Source: Candidatus Omnitrophota bacterium (lineage in GTDB: Bacteria > Omnitrophota > Omnitrophia > Omnitrophales > JACROU01). Taken from it: a stretch of 64,000 bases of DNA. The notes under the pieces were generated by a model. That model saw nothing but the letters and a program-made list of their open reading frames with translations. It did not search any database and was not told where the DNA came from. The stretch lies in contig JAJDCD010000008.1 of NCBI GenBank assembly GCA_029261035.1, positions 300,480-364,479 on the forward strand, read 5' to 3'. The translations under genes and the position numbers were made by a program. This document shows positions 29,534 to 39,961 of the stretch, one piece after another; position 1 is the stretch's first letter, and the number at the start of each line of letters is the position of its first letter.

Positions 29534-30679
29534 TTACTTCGATCTAAGCTTGAGCCAACCTGATATTTTGGGGTAGACCTCATTATAGACATTTTTACCA
29601 ATAACCAGGTCATCATGTCCATAATCTGTAGAGTAGCCTTCTAAAGTTGAAAATTCGAGATAAGTCTTATCTCTTGAAGCTAACTTTCGGTAACCATACC
29701 GAACGGTTTCAGGAGGGGTTAAATCATCATCCCTGCCCACTAGTAGTAATACGGGAAGAGTTACTTTATCTAGATTTTCAGTGTAGTTCATTTCACCATC
29801 TGCAGAAACAAAGTCTCCTTTTTTCAGCATTGCTCGAAACTGGCCCGCAACGCCCGGAGAAATATTTTCAACGACGTCATCATACAAACGTATAATAGTC
29901 TCTTCATCCATATTTTTATTTTTAAAGAATAAGTCTCCTAACGGATCTTTAAATATCCCTCGAAGTGGTACCAGAAATTGATATAAGTTTTTTTGGTTTA
30001 CCAGTAAATTTAAATCAATGTAATAAGGATGCGTTTCCAGAAAAGAAAGCATCTTATTATGAGGACGCAAAAAGGTAAAAGGAGGTGAAATAGCTACAAC
30101 ATTTCTGATAACTTCTGGGTTTTCCGCTAATTCCAGAAACCCAAAAACAATAACACTACCCATTGAGTGCCCTACCCAGTTCACACTTTCAGCACCCGAT
30201 ACTTCTTGAACTTTTGAAATCAGAGCTGGAATATCTTTTTCTATATGGTCTTCTATATTCCAATCGAGCTTATCTGCGCTCATACTGACATTAGTAAAAT
30301 CATTAAATCGCACACTCAAGATTTCTCTAAATGCAAACCAACCCGTCTTAGAACTTTTCCCAGAACCTCTTAACGAAACAGCCCAAACATCAAAACCTTG
30401 ATCCGCAAGGTACTGAGCCAAACTCCGCTTATCATCGATAGCCCAGAAATTACTGTTGTAACCCATCCCGTGACACAGAATAATAGGCTCTTTATACTGA
30501 ACATGCCCTTTTTGATAGTAACGTTGCAACTCCAAAGTCCAGTCGTCTTCTGTTTTTGCAAAATGAAGCTCCTGATACGTCTTAGGATGAACTTTCAACA
30601 TTGCTAAAGTACTACACCCAGAAACTAATAGTGCGAAAATCACAATTAAATAAATAGAGCTCCATAAATTCTTTCTCAT
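29534..30679 (-). CDS. α/β-hydrolase (lipase/esterase-like) lipoprotein
   Basis: Lipobox LLVSGCST. Nucleophile elbow GHSMGS. Confidence 0.7.
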   Translation of the reverse strand: MRKNLWSSIYLIVIFALLVSGCSTLAMLKVHPKTYQELHFAKTEDDWTLELQRYYQKGHVQYKEPIILCHGMGYNSNFWAIDDKRSLAQYLADQGFDVWAVSLRGSGKSSKTGWFAFREILSVRFNDFTNVSMSADKLDWNIEDHIEKDIPALISKVQEVSGAESVNWVGHSMGSVIVFGFLELAENPEVIRNVVAISPPFTFLRPHNKMLSFLETHPYYIDLNLLVNQKNLYQFLVPLRGIFKDPLGDLFFKNKNMDEETIIRLYDDVVENISPGVAGQFRAMLKKGDFVSADGEMNYTENLDKVTLPVLLLVGRDDDLTPPETVRYGYRKLASRDKTYLEFSTLEGYSTDYGHDDLVIGKNVYNEVYPKISGWLKLRSK

Positions 30680-30680
30680 A

Positions 30681-31235
30681 TTATTCTCTTCCTAAATATT
30701 CCCCAGTATCTGTATTAATTTTAACCTTTTCACCTTGATCAATAAAAATAGGCACCTGAACCTGATACCCTGTCTCCAACTTGGCAGGCTTCGTATTGTT
30801 AGAAACAGAATCTCCCTTTACCCACGGAGGAGACTCTACAACTTCTAAAATAACAGACTTAGGTAAATTAAGTTGAACAGGAGTTTCGTCATGAAATTTT
30901 ACTTCCAACTCCATATTTTCAATTAAATAATTTTTTCCATCCCCCACCAATTCTTCCCCTAATGCATGTGTTTGATAATCTTGCATATCCATAAAGTGAA
31001 AACCCTCACCATCTTTATACAAAAACTGCATTCTTTTCCCTTCGAGAAAAGCAGTTTCAACATCTTCTGTGGAAGAAAATTTATTCGTAATTACCTTTCC
31101 ACTTTTAAGCCCCTTCAGAGTTGCTTGTATAAAACCTCTTTTATTCCCAGGGGTTGCATGATGATGATCTGTAACGATATATATTTCCCCTTTATGAATA
31201 ATTGCAGTACCTTTTCTTAAATTTGTTGCTTGCAT
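30681..31235 (-). CDS. efp: Elongation factor P
   Basis: Characteristic length (184 aa) and N-terminal KOW-like region (…KGLKSGKV…FLYKDGE.FHFMD…). Confidence 0.85.
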   Translation of the reverse strand: MQATNLRKGTAIIHKGEIYIVTDHHHATPGNKRGFIQATLKGLKSGKVITNKFSSTEDVETAFLEGKRMQFLYKDGEGFHFMDMQDYQTHALGEELVGDGKNYLIENMELEVKFHDETPVQLNLPKSVILEVVESPPWVKGDSVSNNTKPAKLETGYQVQVPIFIDQGEKVKINTDTGEYLGRE

Positions 31236-31260
31236 TGTTTTCTCCCTTTATTCCTAGCGT

Positions 31261-31995
31261 TCAGTCTTTTTTTATCACAAAAGATAAGATGCGTCCTGTA
31301 GGCTCCCCATCTCTTCGGTACGAATAGAAGTAATCCGTATTACAAGAAGTGCATTCTTCCGCAATAAAACAATTTTCTTGAAAAACTCCTACGCTGAGAA
31401 GTTGATCCATAACCATTTGTTTTAGATCTAAAAAACTCGTTTCATTTCTGTCTTCAATATAAGAATCAAAATTATGATTCGTTTCCCTTTTAAATTCGTA
31501 GCAGCACGAATGAATAAATGGCCCCACAGCAATCTGCACGTTTCTTAAATTCCAACCATAACGTTTATCTACTGCAAGAAAAGTCCGGGCGATAATTCCA
31601 GCCTCCAAACCTTTCCATCCTGCATGAATCAAACCAATAACTCCTGAATCTTTATCCACAAAAGTAATGGGAACACAATCTGCAGTTTGGATTGAAAGAG
31701 CTACGTCTTTTAGATCCGTAAATACCGCATCGCTATCGCCATAAAAACCTTGATCTTCTTTAACTTCCACAACATGATTAGAATGCGTTTGGCCCAAAAC
31801 AATAACTTGCTTGGGGTTTAATCCAACCTTCTCAAAAAAAAGACCCCTGTCCACAACTTCTTCTCTGAAATTTTTCTTTTTTGTAAATAGAGGAAAGGAT
31901 TTAGTGCTTAGCCCAGCTACAACAGAGTTGTCTTTAAAATAATCATTTAACCAAAAGTCTTTTTCCCGTGCCCAAACACTCTGTGACTGAATCAA
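31261..31995 (-). CDS. YfiH/PgeF-family (DUF152) protein
   Basis: IQTADCVPI and HAGWKG motifs. Confidence 0.75.
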   Translation of the reverse strand: MIQSQSVWAREKDFWLNDYFKDNSVVAGLSTKSFPLFTKKKNFREEVVDRGLFFEKVGLNPKQVIVLGQTHSNHVVEVKEDQGFYGDSDAVFTDLKDVALSIQTADCVPITFVDKDSGVIGLIHAGWKGLEAGIIARTFLAVDKRYGWNLRNVQIAVGPFIHSCCYEFKRETNHNFDSYIEDRNETSFLDLKQMVMDQLLSVGVFQENCFIAEECTSCNTDYFYSYRRDGEPTGRILSFVIKKD

Positions 31996-31997
31996 AG

Positions 31998-34148
31998 TTA
32001 CGTTCTTTGAGTTGGGTTCCCTTGAACCCCTTCAAAAATATTTTCTTCCGTAATCAACGCAAGAGCTATATCGTTTAAGGGATCTTCATGAAAGCGTTTC
32101 CGAATCGCATTATCATTAAGATAATTATTAATTGCTACTAAAATCATAGCTTGATCCAAAGCTAAATATCGGTACGCCACAGTTCCTGTCTCTGGGTTTA
32201 CAGCATCGTAGAAACCATATTCTCCGTAAATATCATACCGGTCGATCAATCGTCTTAAGTTTTCAGCCACAATTTCAGGAGCTATACCCGCGGCTAATAC
32301 ACTTGCATGAGGTGTAACTGCTCCAGCTTTATAACCCTTTAACCCTAATATCTTCACCCCATACTCTGAATAACCTCCTTCGGGAATAGCAGATGGACTC
32401 ATCCCCCATACAGGATAATCTAATTCTTCAAGAGCATGATAAATTTGCCCTTCTACGTGGCGTTGTGCATTTATTCCTAAACTATCTGGAGAATATTGTT
32501 GCTCATCAATAATCAATTCTGGCATCAAGGCTTCAAAAGAAGATCCCCCCCAACTTGGAACATACTTCAGCTTGCGCCACTCATAGTAGCCTCCGTAAAA
32601 ATTAACGCCCAACACTTCTTTTTGTTCTCTCTCAAAAGGTTCCATGGTTTGCCAAAAGAAATCTCGTGGAAATGTTCTAAACATATAGAACCAATGTTCT
32701 ACAGGCACTTGCCCTAACCCAATAGCAATATAACTGCCCGCACGACTCTCATTAAAAAATGCCCCATAATGATAATCCACATACTGATTCATGTGACCAT
32801 AATACCCATGAAACATCTGTCTTTCGACATCATCATAAAAGAAACCAAAATCATATTGATCTAAGTAATTTTGACAAACAGTACCCACTTCATCGGGAAA
32901 TGCATTTTTGGCTACGATCAAACCTGCCGCAACCCATGCGCTATCCACAAAAGACACAAAGTAACTCGTCTTCTCTTTTGTCGTTGTATCGTAATAGTTA
33001 TACGGAAATCCACTTTCATGATGCTCTAAGCTTTGCATCGACGTCACTGTATTTGTAATTCTTTCGACAGCGTCATCTCGAGTTATAAACTTAAGATCAT
33101 AAGCAGATACAACAGCCATTAAATACATGCCGACATTCGTTACGTTCGTATAGTCCCCAATCCATCCCCCTTCACCAATAGGGGTTTCCTCACCCATTTG
33201 AATCGTATCCAACACAAGATGGCTTTCTTTATCAACAATCTCATCAAAGTAACGCCATGTATCTTTAGCTACTTCTCTAAAAAATGCTTTGTCTTCTTTT
33301 GGGAATTCTTTCTTCAACAACTTTTGCTCAGGAAAGCCTCCGAGTCTACCGGCTAAGAAACGAGCGAATTCAACCCCTTCAATCTTAGTCTCTGTCTTCT
33401 CTATCTTCCGTTCTGGACTAGATAATGGAGATGGACCGGGATCTCCCGTCTTTACGAACTTAATGTTATCTACAAAAATAGCGCCTTCTTTTACATCTAC
33501 TCGACGATCTTCCATCACAATTACAAATTCATCTAATTTTTTAAACGCCATTGCGGGGTTTTGCCAAATCTCAGGATCAGCAAAGTCCATCAAACCCGTA
33601 AAATTATTCAAAGCAATACTGTAGGTTTGCCATTCGGAAGTAATACCCTCAATAACATAAATACCTGTCAGCTTTTCAACTCTTTCATCATTTTTAAATT
33701 TCTTAATTTCCAATTTCAAAACTGAAGGAAAGCCTTCTTCAACATCTCCCTTAATATCAATCTCAAGGTGATCAAACATAGAAACATCTAAATTTCTAAG
33801 TTTGGTCCAAAAACCATTTGATGATGGAAGTGGAGAGTCGACATCATAGGTAAGCTTTAATACATAGTTCAGTTTTTCGTTATTAATACCGGGGTCTGAA
33901 ACAACTTCAGGAAAAGCATCTGCAGTATCATCATAAGGGTCCACATCCCAAGCGCCACTTTGCGCGTCCAAGTTATTCAACAGCTCTCCTGTTTCAAAAT
34001 CATGAATCATCATATCTTCCACATATTCAGGAGCTTCAAGCATAGGAGACACTTCTTCTTGAGCAAGTAAAGGGGAAACAGAAAAAACAGAAACAAGAAA
34101 GACTAAAACTAGAATTAACGCTCTAAAATTATTTGGAAGTAATGACAT
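31998..34148 (-). CDS. Secreted two-domain protein: N-terminal CBM-like β-sandwich domain plus C-terminal DUF3131/GH144-like (α/α)6 glycoside-hydrolase-like domain (β-1,2-glucanase-related)
   Basis: Signal peptide. N-terminal domain is paralogous to 46921-47505 and 49197-49778 (AWDVDPYDDT…YDVDS…GFW.KL…SEWQ…FVDNIKFV). C-terminal domain is paralogous to 24013-25848. Confidence 0.6.
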   Translation of the reverse strand: MSLLPNNFRALILVLVFLVSVFSVSPLLAQEEVSPMLEAPEYVEDMMIHDFETGELLNNLDAQSGAWDVDPYDDTADAFPEVVSDPGINNEKLNYVLKLTYDVDSPLPSSNGFWTKLRNLDVSMFDHLEIDIKGDVEEGFPSVLKLEIKKFKNDERVEKLTGIYVIEGITSEWQTYSIALNNFTGLMDFADPEIWQNPAMAFKKLDEFVIVMEDRRVDVKEGAIFVDNIKFVKTGDPGPSPLSSPERKIEKTETKIEGVEFARFLAGRLGGFPEQKLLKKEFPKEDKAFFREVAKDTWRYFDEIVDKESHLVLDTIQMGEETPIGEGGWIGDYTNVTNVGMYLMAVVSAYDLKFITRDDAVERITNTVTSMQSLEHHESGFPYNYYDTTTKEKTSYFVSFVDSAWVAAGLIVAKNAFPDEVGTVCQNYLDQYDFGFFYDDVERQMFHGYYGHMNQYVDYHYGAFFNESRAGSYIAIGLGQVPVEHWFYMFRTFPRDFFWQTMEPFEREQKEVLGVNFYGGYYEWRKLKYVPSWGGSSFEALMPELIIDEQQYSPDSLGINAQRHVEGQIYHALEELDYPVWGMSPSAIPEGGYSEYGVKILGLKGYKAGAVTPHASVLAAGIAPEIVAENLRRLIDRYDIYGEYGFYDAVNPETGTVAYRYLALDQAMILVAINNYLNDNAIRKRFHEDPLNDIALALITEENIFEGVQGNPTQRT

Positions 34149-34367
34149 AATCGCCTCATTATATAATAAGTTAAAAAGGGCTAAAGTAAGCGAACAGTAT
34201 ATCGAACATGGGGGTTTTTTTCAATAGGACGGAAAAAACTAAAGCCAGAGGTCTGAGGGCTGAAGTCAGAATAAAGTTTGTCATCCCCGAATGCTTCTGT
34301 CGGTGATCCAGGGTTGTTGCTTTTTATGCTAAAAGCCAACAGCTAATAGCTATAAACAAAAGGAAAT

Positions 34368-35606
34368 TTATTTTTTCAGGTGTTTTGCTGTAGTTGGCCC
34401 AATAATCCCGTCCACAAAAAGGCCTTTTTTCTTTTGAAATGCATATATTGCAGAAATGGTTGTTGAGGTAAATTTTCCATCCACTTGCCCTGGATTAAAT
34501 CCTTTTTTCTTCAATCTAGACTCAAAGGTTTTTCTAGAACTTAATTTCCAATTCTTATTATTCACAGCAATCGCTAATTTCTTTGAAGTTTCTTTTCCTA
34601 TAATACCATCCGGTGTAAGTCCTTTTTTACTCTGAAATTGTTTAATCGCTTTGACAGTTGTCTTTGTAACACTTCCATCGGCTCGACCTGGGTTGTAACC
34701 TAAATTCTTTAAAGAAATTTCAAATATTTTACGTCTTCTTCTACTCCAGTTCTTTTCGTTCAGAGCTTCTTTTTTACCTTTTTTACCAATCGTAAGCCTA
34801 GAATAAAAATCCAACATTTTCTTCAAATCATTCCAAGGACTTAAGCTACCTAAAATAGAAACTAAAAAGTCACGCTTGTTATAAGAAATTCTTCCAACGA
34901 AACAATAAAGAGCCGCTCTAGTAAAACCTGTCTTTCCAATAATAGGCCTACTATCTCTCCACAACATTTTATTATGATTTTTTAAATAGTACCTTTTACC
35001 TGCCAAATTTTTTATATGCGTTGTTTTTGTCGCCATCGTTTTCATAATAAAAGGATATTTTTTCGCTTCTTTCATAATCAATGCCAAATCATAAGGAGTT
35101 GTGTACTGCCCTTTTCCAGGAAGCCCATGAGGGTTCACAAACCTAGTACTCTTTGCCCCAATCTGCCTCGCCTTCTGATTCATAAGCTTCGCAAAAGAAC
35201 GTTCGGAACCACTAATGTGATGTGCTATCACAGTAGCCACATCATTGGATGATTTGATCAACAAGGCTCTAAGCAAATCCTTAACGTAAAACTTTTCGCC
35301 GGGTTTCAAATAAAGCTTGGTTGGAGATATATGAGAAGTGTTTACATTCACCTTTACCACTTTATTTAGATTCAGACGGTCCAAAACAACTAAGGCCGTC
35401 ATTACTTTAGTCGTACTTGCAGGCTGTCTTTTGGTATTCCTATTTTTGGAATACATAATCTTCCTATTCCCAATATCATAAATAACAGCCGCACGTGCCG
35501 ATAAAGGTGCTCCTAAACTATAACTTGCCTCAGCTGTCTGGGGAACATAGATTGAAACTGCAAAAATAATGAACGCTACAATGGACGAAAATACCTTATT
35601 CAACAT
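34368..35606 (-). CDS. D-alanyl-D-alanine carboxypeptidase (S11, PBP5-type) with two C-terminal PG_binding_1-like repeats
   Basis: Signal peptide. SxxK motif (ASTTKVMTA). Duplicated …GYNPG..DG…T..A…FQ…GL..DGIIG..T motifs. Confidence 0.8.
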   Translation of the reverse strand: MLNKVFSSIVAFIIFAVSIYVPQTAEASYSLGAPLSARAAVIYDIGNRKIMYSKNRNTKRQPASTTKVMTALVVLDRLNLNKVVKVNVNTSHISPTKLYLKPGEKFYVKDLLRALLIKSSNDVATVIAHHISGSERSFAKLMNQKARQIGAKSTRFVNPHGLPGKGQYTTPYDLALIMKEAKKYPFIMKTMATKTTHIKNLAGKRYYLKNHNKMLWRDSRPIIGKTGFTRAALYCFVGRISYNKRDFLVSILGSLSPWNDLKKMLDFYSRLTIGKKGKKEALNEKNWSRRRRKIFEISLKNLGYNPGRADGSVTKTTVKAIKQFQSKKGLTPDGIIGKETSKKLAIAVNNKNWKLSSRKTFESRLKKKGFNPGQVDGKFTSTTISAIYAFQKKKGLFVDGIIGPTTAKHLKK

Positions 35607-35773
35607 CGAAAAACACCACCAATTCTATAGTTTTATTTTTAACATGTGATTAACTTTTAATTATACGGCAAAAGGGAGGAATTACTTAAGTAAATAGGTA
35701 TTTTATTAGACTCTCTGGTCTTTGTAAATTAAAAGAGTGCTTAATTTGAAAAAATGAGTAAACTATCCGCATT

Positions 35774-36430
35774 ATGAATAAACAAGAACCTCAAATTATT
35801 TTTGAAGATTCTCATCTAATTGTCCTCAACAAACCTTCTGGGTTACTCAGCCAGGGTGAAAAAACAGGAGACGATAATCTCGTGGACTGGCTAAGAACTT
35901 ATTTAGGTAGAAATTACGTTGGGCTTATTCACCGACTCGACCGAAACACTTCAGGAATTATGGTTGTAGCCAAGCGCACAAAGGCTGCCAGCCGACTAAC
36001 AAAAGCACTTCAAGACAGAGAGATTCAAAGAAACTATCTGGGTTGGGTTGTTGGAACCGTCAAAGAACCCCTTCGCTGGAATCATTTTTTAAGAAAAAAC
36101 AAATCAAAAAATGAAGTTAAAATAGTTCCATCAACATACAAAGATGCCAAAAGAGCTGTTTTGAACCTAAAACCTATAAAAAGCTCTAAGTGGAATGGAA
36201 TGGCTGTAACCCTTGCTGAATTTGAATTGGAAACTGGAAGATCTCATCAAATAAGAGTTCAAGCGGCGGCAGAAGGCCTCCCTCTTTTGGGAGATAATAA
36301 ATACGGTAGAAGAGAAACTGTTTCCTTTGGACGCCCTGCGCTTCATGCTTACAAACTAACTTTCCCACATCCCATCACACAAAAAACAATGTCTTTCAAA
36401 TGCGATCTACCAAAAGAGATGGATTTTTAG
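35774..36430 (+). CDS. RluA-family pseudouridine synthase
   Basis: HRLDRNTSGIMVVAK catalytic motif. Confidence 0.8.
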   Translation: MNKQEPQIIFEDSHLIVLNKPSGLLSQGEKTGDDNLVDWLRTYLGRNYVGLIHRLDRNTSGIMVVAKRTKAASRLTKALQDREIQRNYLGWVVGTVKEPLRWNHFLRKNKSKNEVKIVPSTYKDAKRAVLNLKPIKSSKWNGMAVTLAEFELETGRSHQIRVQAAAEGLPLLGDNKYGRRETVSFGRPALHAYKLTFPHPITQKTMSFKCDLPKEMDF

Positions 36431-36566
36431 AGTTGGGGAAATGGACTTTTGTAACTATTACGCAGTAATTGTGACAAAAGTGCGTGTCCCCTAGGCAAAG
36501 GATGGGCTGTACCCATCAAGAAATTTCATCTTAAGTAACATACTTCAGGTATGAGAATTGCTCTTT

Positions 36567-36616
36567 TGCCTGAGATTGCCACGGTTCCTATATTGCACAC
36601 CTCGCAATGACAAATT
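36567..36616 (+). repeat. Dispersed REP-like element, copy C (single unit)
   Basis: cctgagattgccacggttcctatattgcacacctcgcaatgacaaatt. Overlaps the stop of trhO. Confidence 0.8.
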
Positions 36617-37441
36617 TTATGCCTTGTTAATGCAATAACAACAACTCTCACCCACTCGATAAGATGGAAGTTGCTGTTCTTTAGGCGTTAACGGATGTCG
36701 ACACTGAAAGCACTCTATAACATCGGATTGTTCTAGATTGGGTTTTAAAGCAATGCGTCGATCAAAAACAAAACAGTCTCCATCATAATGATCTCCACCC
36801 ACTTTTTCGAAATAATTTAAAATACCACCATCCAACTGATAAACATCTTTAAAGCCATTTTGAAGCATTAATGGAGAAGCTTTCTCACATCGAATACCTC
36901 CTGTACAAAAAGTAACAACCGTTTTTTCTTTCCAATCTTTTGGCACATCTTGAAGCTTATCTTCATAAGCCCTAAAATCTTCAATGTTAAGATGGGTCGC
37001 ATTTTCAAAAGTTCCAATGTTGAACTCAAACTCATTCCGTGTATCCAATATCACCATATCCTTACCTTCATCGTACCACTGCTTCAATTGTTCAGGAGAA
37101 ACTCTAGGGCCTGTAAACTCTGCAGGCTTAATGGAAGGATCATTAACTGGGATTAATTGATCTTTTGCTTTTACTAACATCTTCAAGAAGGGTTGGTAAT
37201 CAGACCAACTGTCTTTAAAAAATAAATCATCTAGCCCAATTTTTTTTCTTAAAAAATCTTTGAAATTTTCGACATGATCTTCCGTTCCCGAAACCATCAC
37301 ATTCACCCCTTCTCGAGCAATCAAAATAGTTCCCATCAACTCAAGCTCAACACACTTACTTTTATACTCGCGTCGTACTTGCTCTACATCTCCTTCGATT
37401 TCGAAGAAGTAATAAAATGCGGTATTTAAAATTTTACTCAT
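36617..37441 (-). CDS. trhO: Rhodanese-domain protein of the YceA/TrhO family (tRNA U34 hydroxylase)
   Basis: UPF0176 N-terminal region plus rhodanese active-site motif CTGGIRCEKAS. Confidence 0.75.
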   Translation of the reverse strand: MSKILNTAFYYFFEIEGDVEQVRREYKSKCVELELMGTILIAREGVNVMVSGTEDHVENFKDFLRKKIGLDDLFFKDSWSDYQPFLKMLVKAKDQLIPVNDPSIKPAEFTGPRVSPEQLKQWYDEGKDMVILDTRNEFEFNIGTFENATHLNIEDFRAYEDKLQDVPKDWKEKTVVTFCTGGIRCEKASPLMLQNGFKDVYQLDGGILNYFEKVGGDHYDGDCFVFDRRIALKPNLEQSDVIECFQCRHPLTPKEQQLPSYRVGESCCYCINKA

Positions 37442-37442
37442 C

Positions 37443-38096
37443 TTACTTTTCGACTTCCTTTTTATAATAGTCTTTACCCAACTGAACCTTATCTCGTCCC
37501 TGAGACGTCCTCCATTGATTCATGTCTCTTAAAGAATAAACACAACCACAATACTGCTGTTGATAAAACTCTTCTTCTTTTGCGATCTCAATCATTCTTT
37601 GAGAGCCGGCATCTTTTCTCCAGTTATAATCCCAATAAGTAATTTCAGGGAACAAGGATGCCGCTTTAACACCTGCTGCTGTAACCTGTTTAAAATCTTT
37701 CCACCTCGAAATTCCCAAACAACTTGTAATCACTTTAAAGCCATTATGAAAAGCATATTCTGCTGTTTTTACAAAACGCATCTCAAAACACATAGAGCAA
37801 CGCTCACCTCGCTCCTCGTCATTTTCATGTCCTTTTGTAATATCAAACCAACGATCTGTATCATAATCCGCATCCACAAAAGGGATTCCTAGATCCTCAC
37901 AATACCTAATATTCTCTTCCTTTCGGAGCATATATTCCTTCTCAGGGTGGATATTAGGATTGTAAAAATACACTGATAATTCAACCCCAGACTTGTGCAT
38001 ATCCTCTATAACAGAGCCTGAACAGGGGGCACAGCACGAGTGGAGCAAAACCTTCTTTTCCTTGTGGGGTGGGGTAATATTGTCTCTTCGTTTCAT
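37443..38096 (-). CDS. queH: Epoxyqueuosine reductase QueH (DUF208)
   Basis: LLHSCCAPCSG motif and conserved Cys pattern (CGC near the C-terminus). Confidence 0.75.
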   Translation of the reverse strand: MKRRDNITPPHKEKKVLLHSCCAPCSGSVIEDMHKSGVELSVYFYNPNIHPEKEYMLRKEENIRYCEDLGIPFVDADYDTDRWFDITKGHENDEERGERCSMCFEMRFVKTAEYAFHNGFKVITSCLGISRWKDFKQVTAAGVKAASLFPEITYWDYNWRKDAGSQRMIEIAKEEEFYQQQYCGCVYSLRDMNQWRTSQGRDKVQLGKDYYKKEVEK

Positions 38097-38367
38097 GTCG
38101 CTATATTAGCATATTTTACCCCCGACTTAAATCTCCCCTCCCCCTAAAATAAATATTTGACAAATCGACCAAAATAAGGCATCCTTACCACCAGTAGTAA
38201 TTAATTGATAAAAAAACCTATGAGCTTAATGCTTATGGGCGAACGAATTACAATCCCAACCCTAAAAAATCAATAGGGTTGATTATGTACCTGTCATCTA
38301 TCCTCGTTAGTTGGAATTAGTTGGTCTGGTCATTGTTACTACTATTAATCAAAGGAGAACAAGCAAC

Positions 38368-38568
38368 ATGGAACAAGGAACAGTAAAGTGGTTTAACAAT
38401 TCTAAAGGTTTTGGTTTTATTGCACGCGAATCAGGCGAAGATGTATTCGTACATCACACCGCGATTCAAGGCGAAGGTTATAAATCTTTGGATGAAGGCC
38501 AAAAAGTTGAGTTCGAAATAACTCAAGGACCTAAGGGCGACCAAGCAACTAACGTTGTTAAGTTGTAA
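38368..38568 (+). CDS. Cold-shock protein (CspA family)
   Basis: [18 protein letters not shown]…VFVHHTAI (RNP1/RNP2 motifs). Long 5' UTR. Confidence 0.9.
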   Translation: MEQGTVKWFNNSKGFGFIARESGEDVFVHHTAIQGEGYKSLDEGQKVEFEITQGPKGDQATNVVKL

Positions 38569-38589
38569 TTTAATTAGGTAATACCAAAA

Positions 38590-38621
38590 GGGCATTCACA
38601 TTTGTGGGTGCCCTTTTTTTT
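38590..38621 (+). terminator. Rho-independent terminator after csp
   Basis: 8-bp stem gggcattc/ggtgccc (with G·U pairs) followed by an 8-T run. Confidence 0.7.
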
Positions 38622-38736
38622 ATGCCAAAAACTTTCAACTGCTGTCATTCCCGAAATCTTTTATCGGGAATCCGTCAACAAAAGAACAAAAGTAAAAGGA
38701 CTTCTGAAAGCTAAAAGCTATCGGCAAAGGACTAAA

Positions 38737-39075
38737 ATGACCTCCGAAGAAAAATCTAAAATCAAAACCGAAATTGAAGAGAAAATCAAACTCACCAAAA
38801 ATAAAATTATTAGTTTAAAAGAACAAACAAAACCTATTCCCCCAGACAGCGCCCTTGGCCGACTTACTCGAATGGATGCTATTCAACAAAAGAGTCTCAA
38901 CGAAGAATCTCTAAGAAAAGCAGAGCAAGATCTTCATAATTCAGAGAACACTTTAAAATTAATCGATAATGAGCACTTCGGAATATGTGTTAAATGCAAA
39001 CAGACAATCCCTATTGGAAGAATTCTTTTAGTCCCAGAATCTAAGTTGTGCGTACCCTGCGCTAATCAAAGGTAG
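38737..39075 (+). CDS. DksA/TraR-family C4 zinc-finger protein (start at internal Met MTSEEK…)
   Basis: Coiled-coil followed by CVKCKQ…CVPC four-Cys finger. Confidence 0.6.
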   Translation: MTSEEKSKIKTEIEEKIKLTKNKIISLKEQTKPIPPDSALGRLTRMDAIQQKSLNEESLRKAEQDLHNSENTLKLIDNEHFGICVKCKQTIPIGRILLVPESKLCVPCANQR

Positions 39076-39078
39076 TTA

Positions 39079-39957
39079 ATGATTCGCTTTATGAAAAACA
39101 TATTAGATACTTTAAAATTTATTCTTAAACACCCTTTGAACAAAAAAAATCCCTTAGGAGCTTTGTGGCGCTGGTTTCAATGGCAAGTCAAAAGCAGGCT
39201 CACAAAAAATCCGATCGCAGTTCCCTTTTTTAACAATTCACAACTTCTAGTCAATAGCGGAATGACAGGCGCTACAGGAAATATTTATTGCGGACTTCAT
39301 GATTTCGAATCTATGGGCTTTTTAGTTCACCTTCTGAATAGGGATAATACCTTTGTTGATGTGGGGGCCAACGTAGGAAGCTACAGCATTCTCAGCGCAA
39401 GCTTAGGAGCTCAGAGCTACTCCTTTGAACCCATACTTAAAGCATACAATAGCCTCAAGGATAATATTAAGCTCAATAGCTATGATTCCATTGTCACCCC
39501 TTTCAACATGGCCGTATCAGACAATGACGGAATAGTGAAAATGTCCTGCGATCTAGACACCGTCAATAGAGTTTTCGAAAACAATAATGATGATTCTCTC
39601 AACACAGTCGAAGTTGAATCTAAAACCCTAGACTCTCTCTTCCCTAACTTAAATCCCATTGCGATCAAAATTGATGTGGAAGGGTTTGAGGATCAAGTAA
39701 TCCAAGGTGGAAAAAACTTTTTTCAAAAAAACTCTTTATTAGCAGCTATCGTGGAGATCAACCAACAATCAACTCATCGATTAATGACTGAAATAGGTTT
39801 CTCCCCTTTTTCATATGACCCTTTCCATAGAAAGCTCAGCCCCATAAAATCTGTTGTAAAAGAAAACTTAAATGTCTTATACTTACGAGATCTTTCATCT
39901 ATCGAGCAAAGGATTAACAGCTCTCCTAAATTTAAAATTCTAGGGCAAGTAATTTAA
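39079..39957 (+). CDS. FkbM-family methyltransferase
   Basis: VDVGANVGSYS motif. Confidence 0.65.
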   Translation: MIRFMKNILDTLKFILKHPLNKKNPLGALWRWFQWQVKSRLTKNPIAVPFFNNSQLLVNSGMTGATGNIYCGLHDFESMGFLVHLLNRDNTFVDVGANVGSYSILSASLGAQSYSFEPILKAYNSLKDNIKLNSYDSIVTPFNMAVSDNDGIVKMSCDLDTVNRVFENNNDDSLNTVEVESKTLDSLFPNLNPIAIKIDVEGFEDQVIQGGKNFFQKNSLLAAIVEINQQSTHRLMTEIGFSPFSYDPFHRKLSPIKSVVKENLNVLYLRDLSSIEQRINSSPKFKILGQVI

Positions 39958-39961
39958 AATC

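Noticed and set aside
38157-38185. TTGACA hexamer upstream of csp as a σ70 promoter.
   Set aside because: No acceptable -10 at 16-18 bp spacing. Not reported as a feature.
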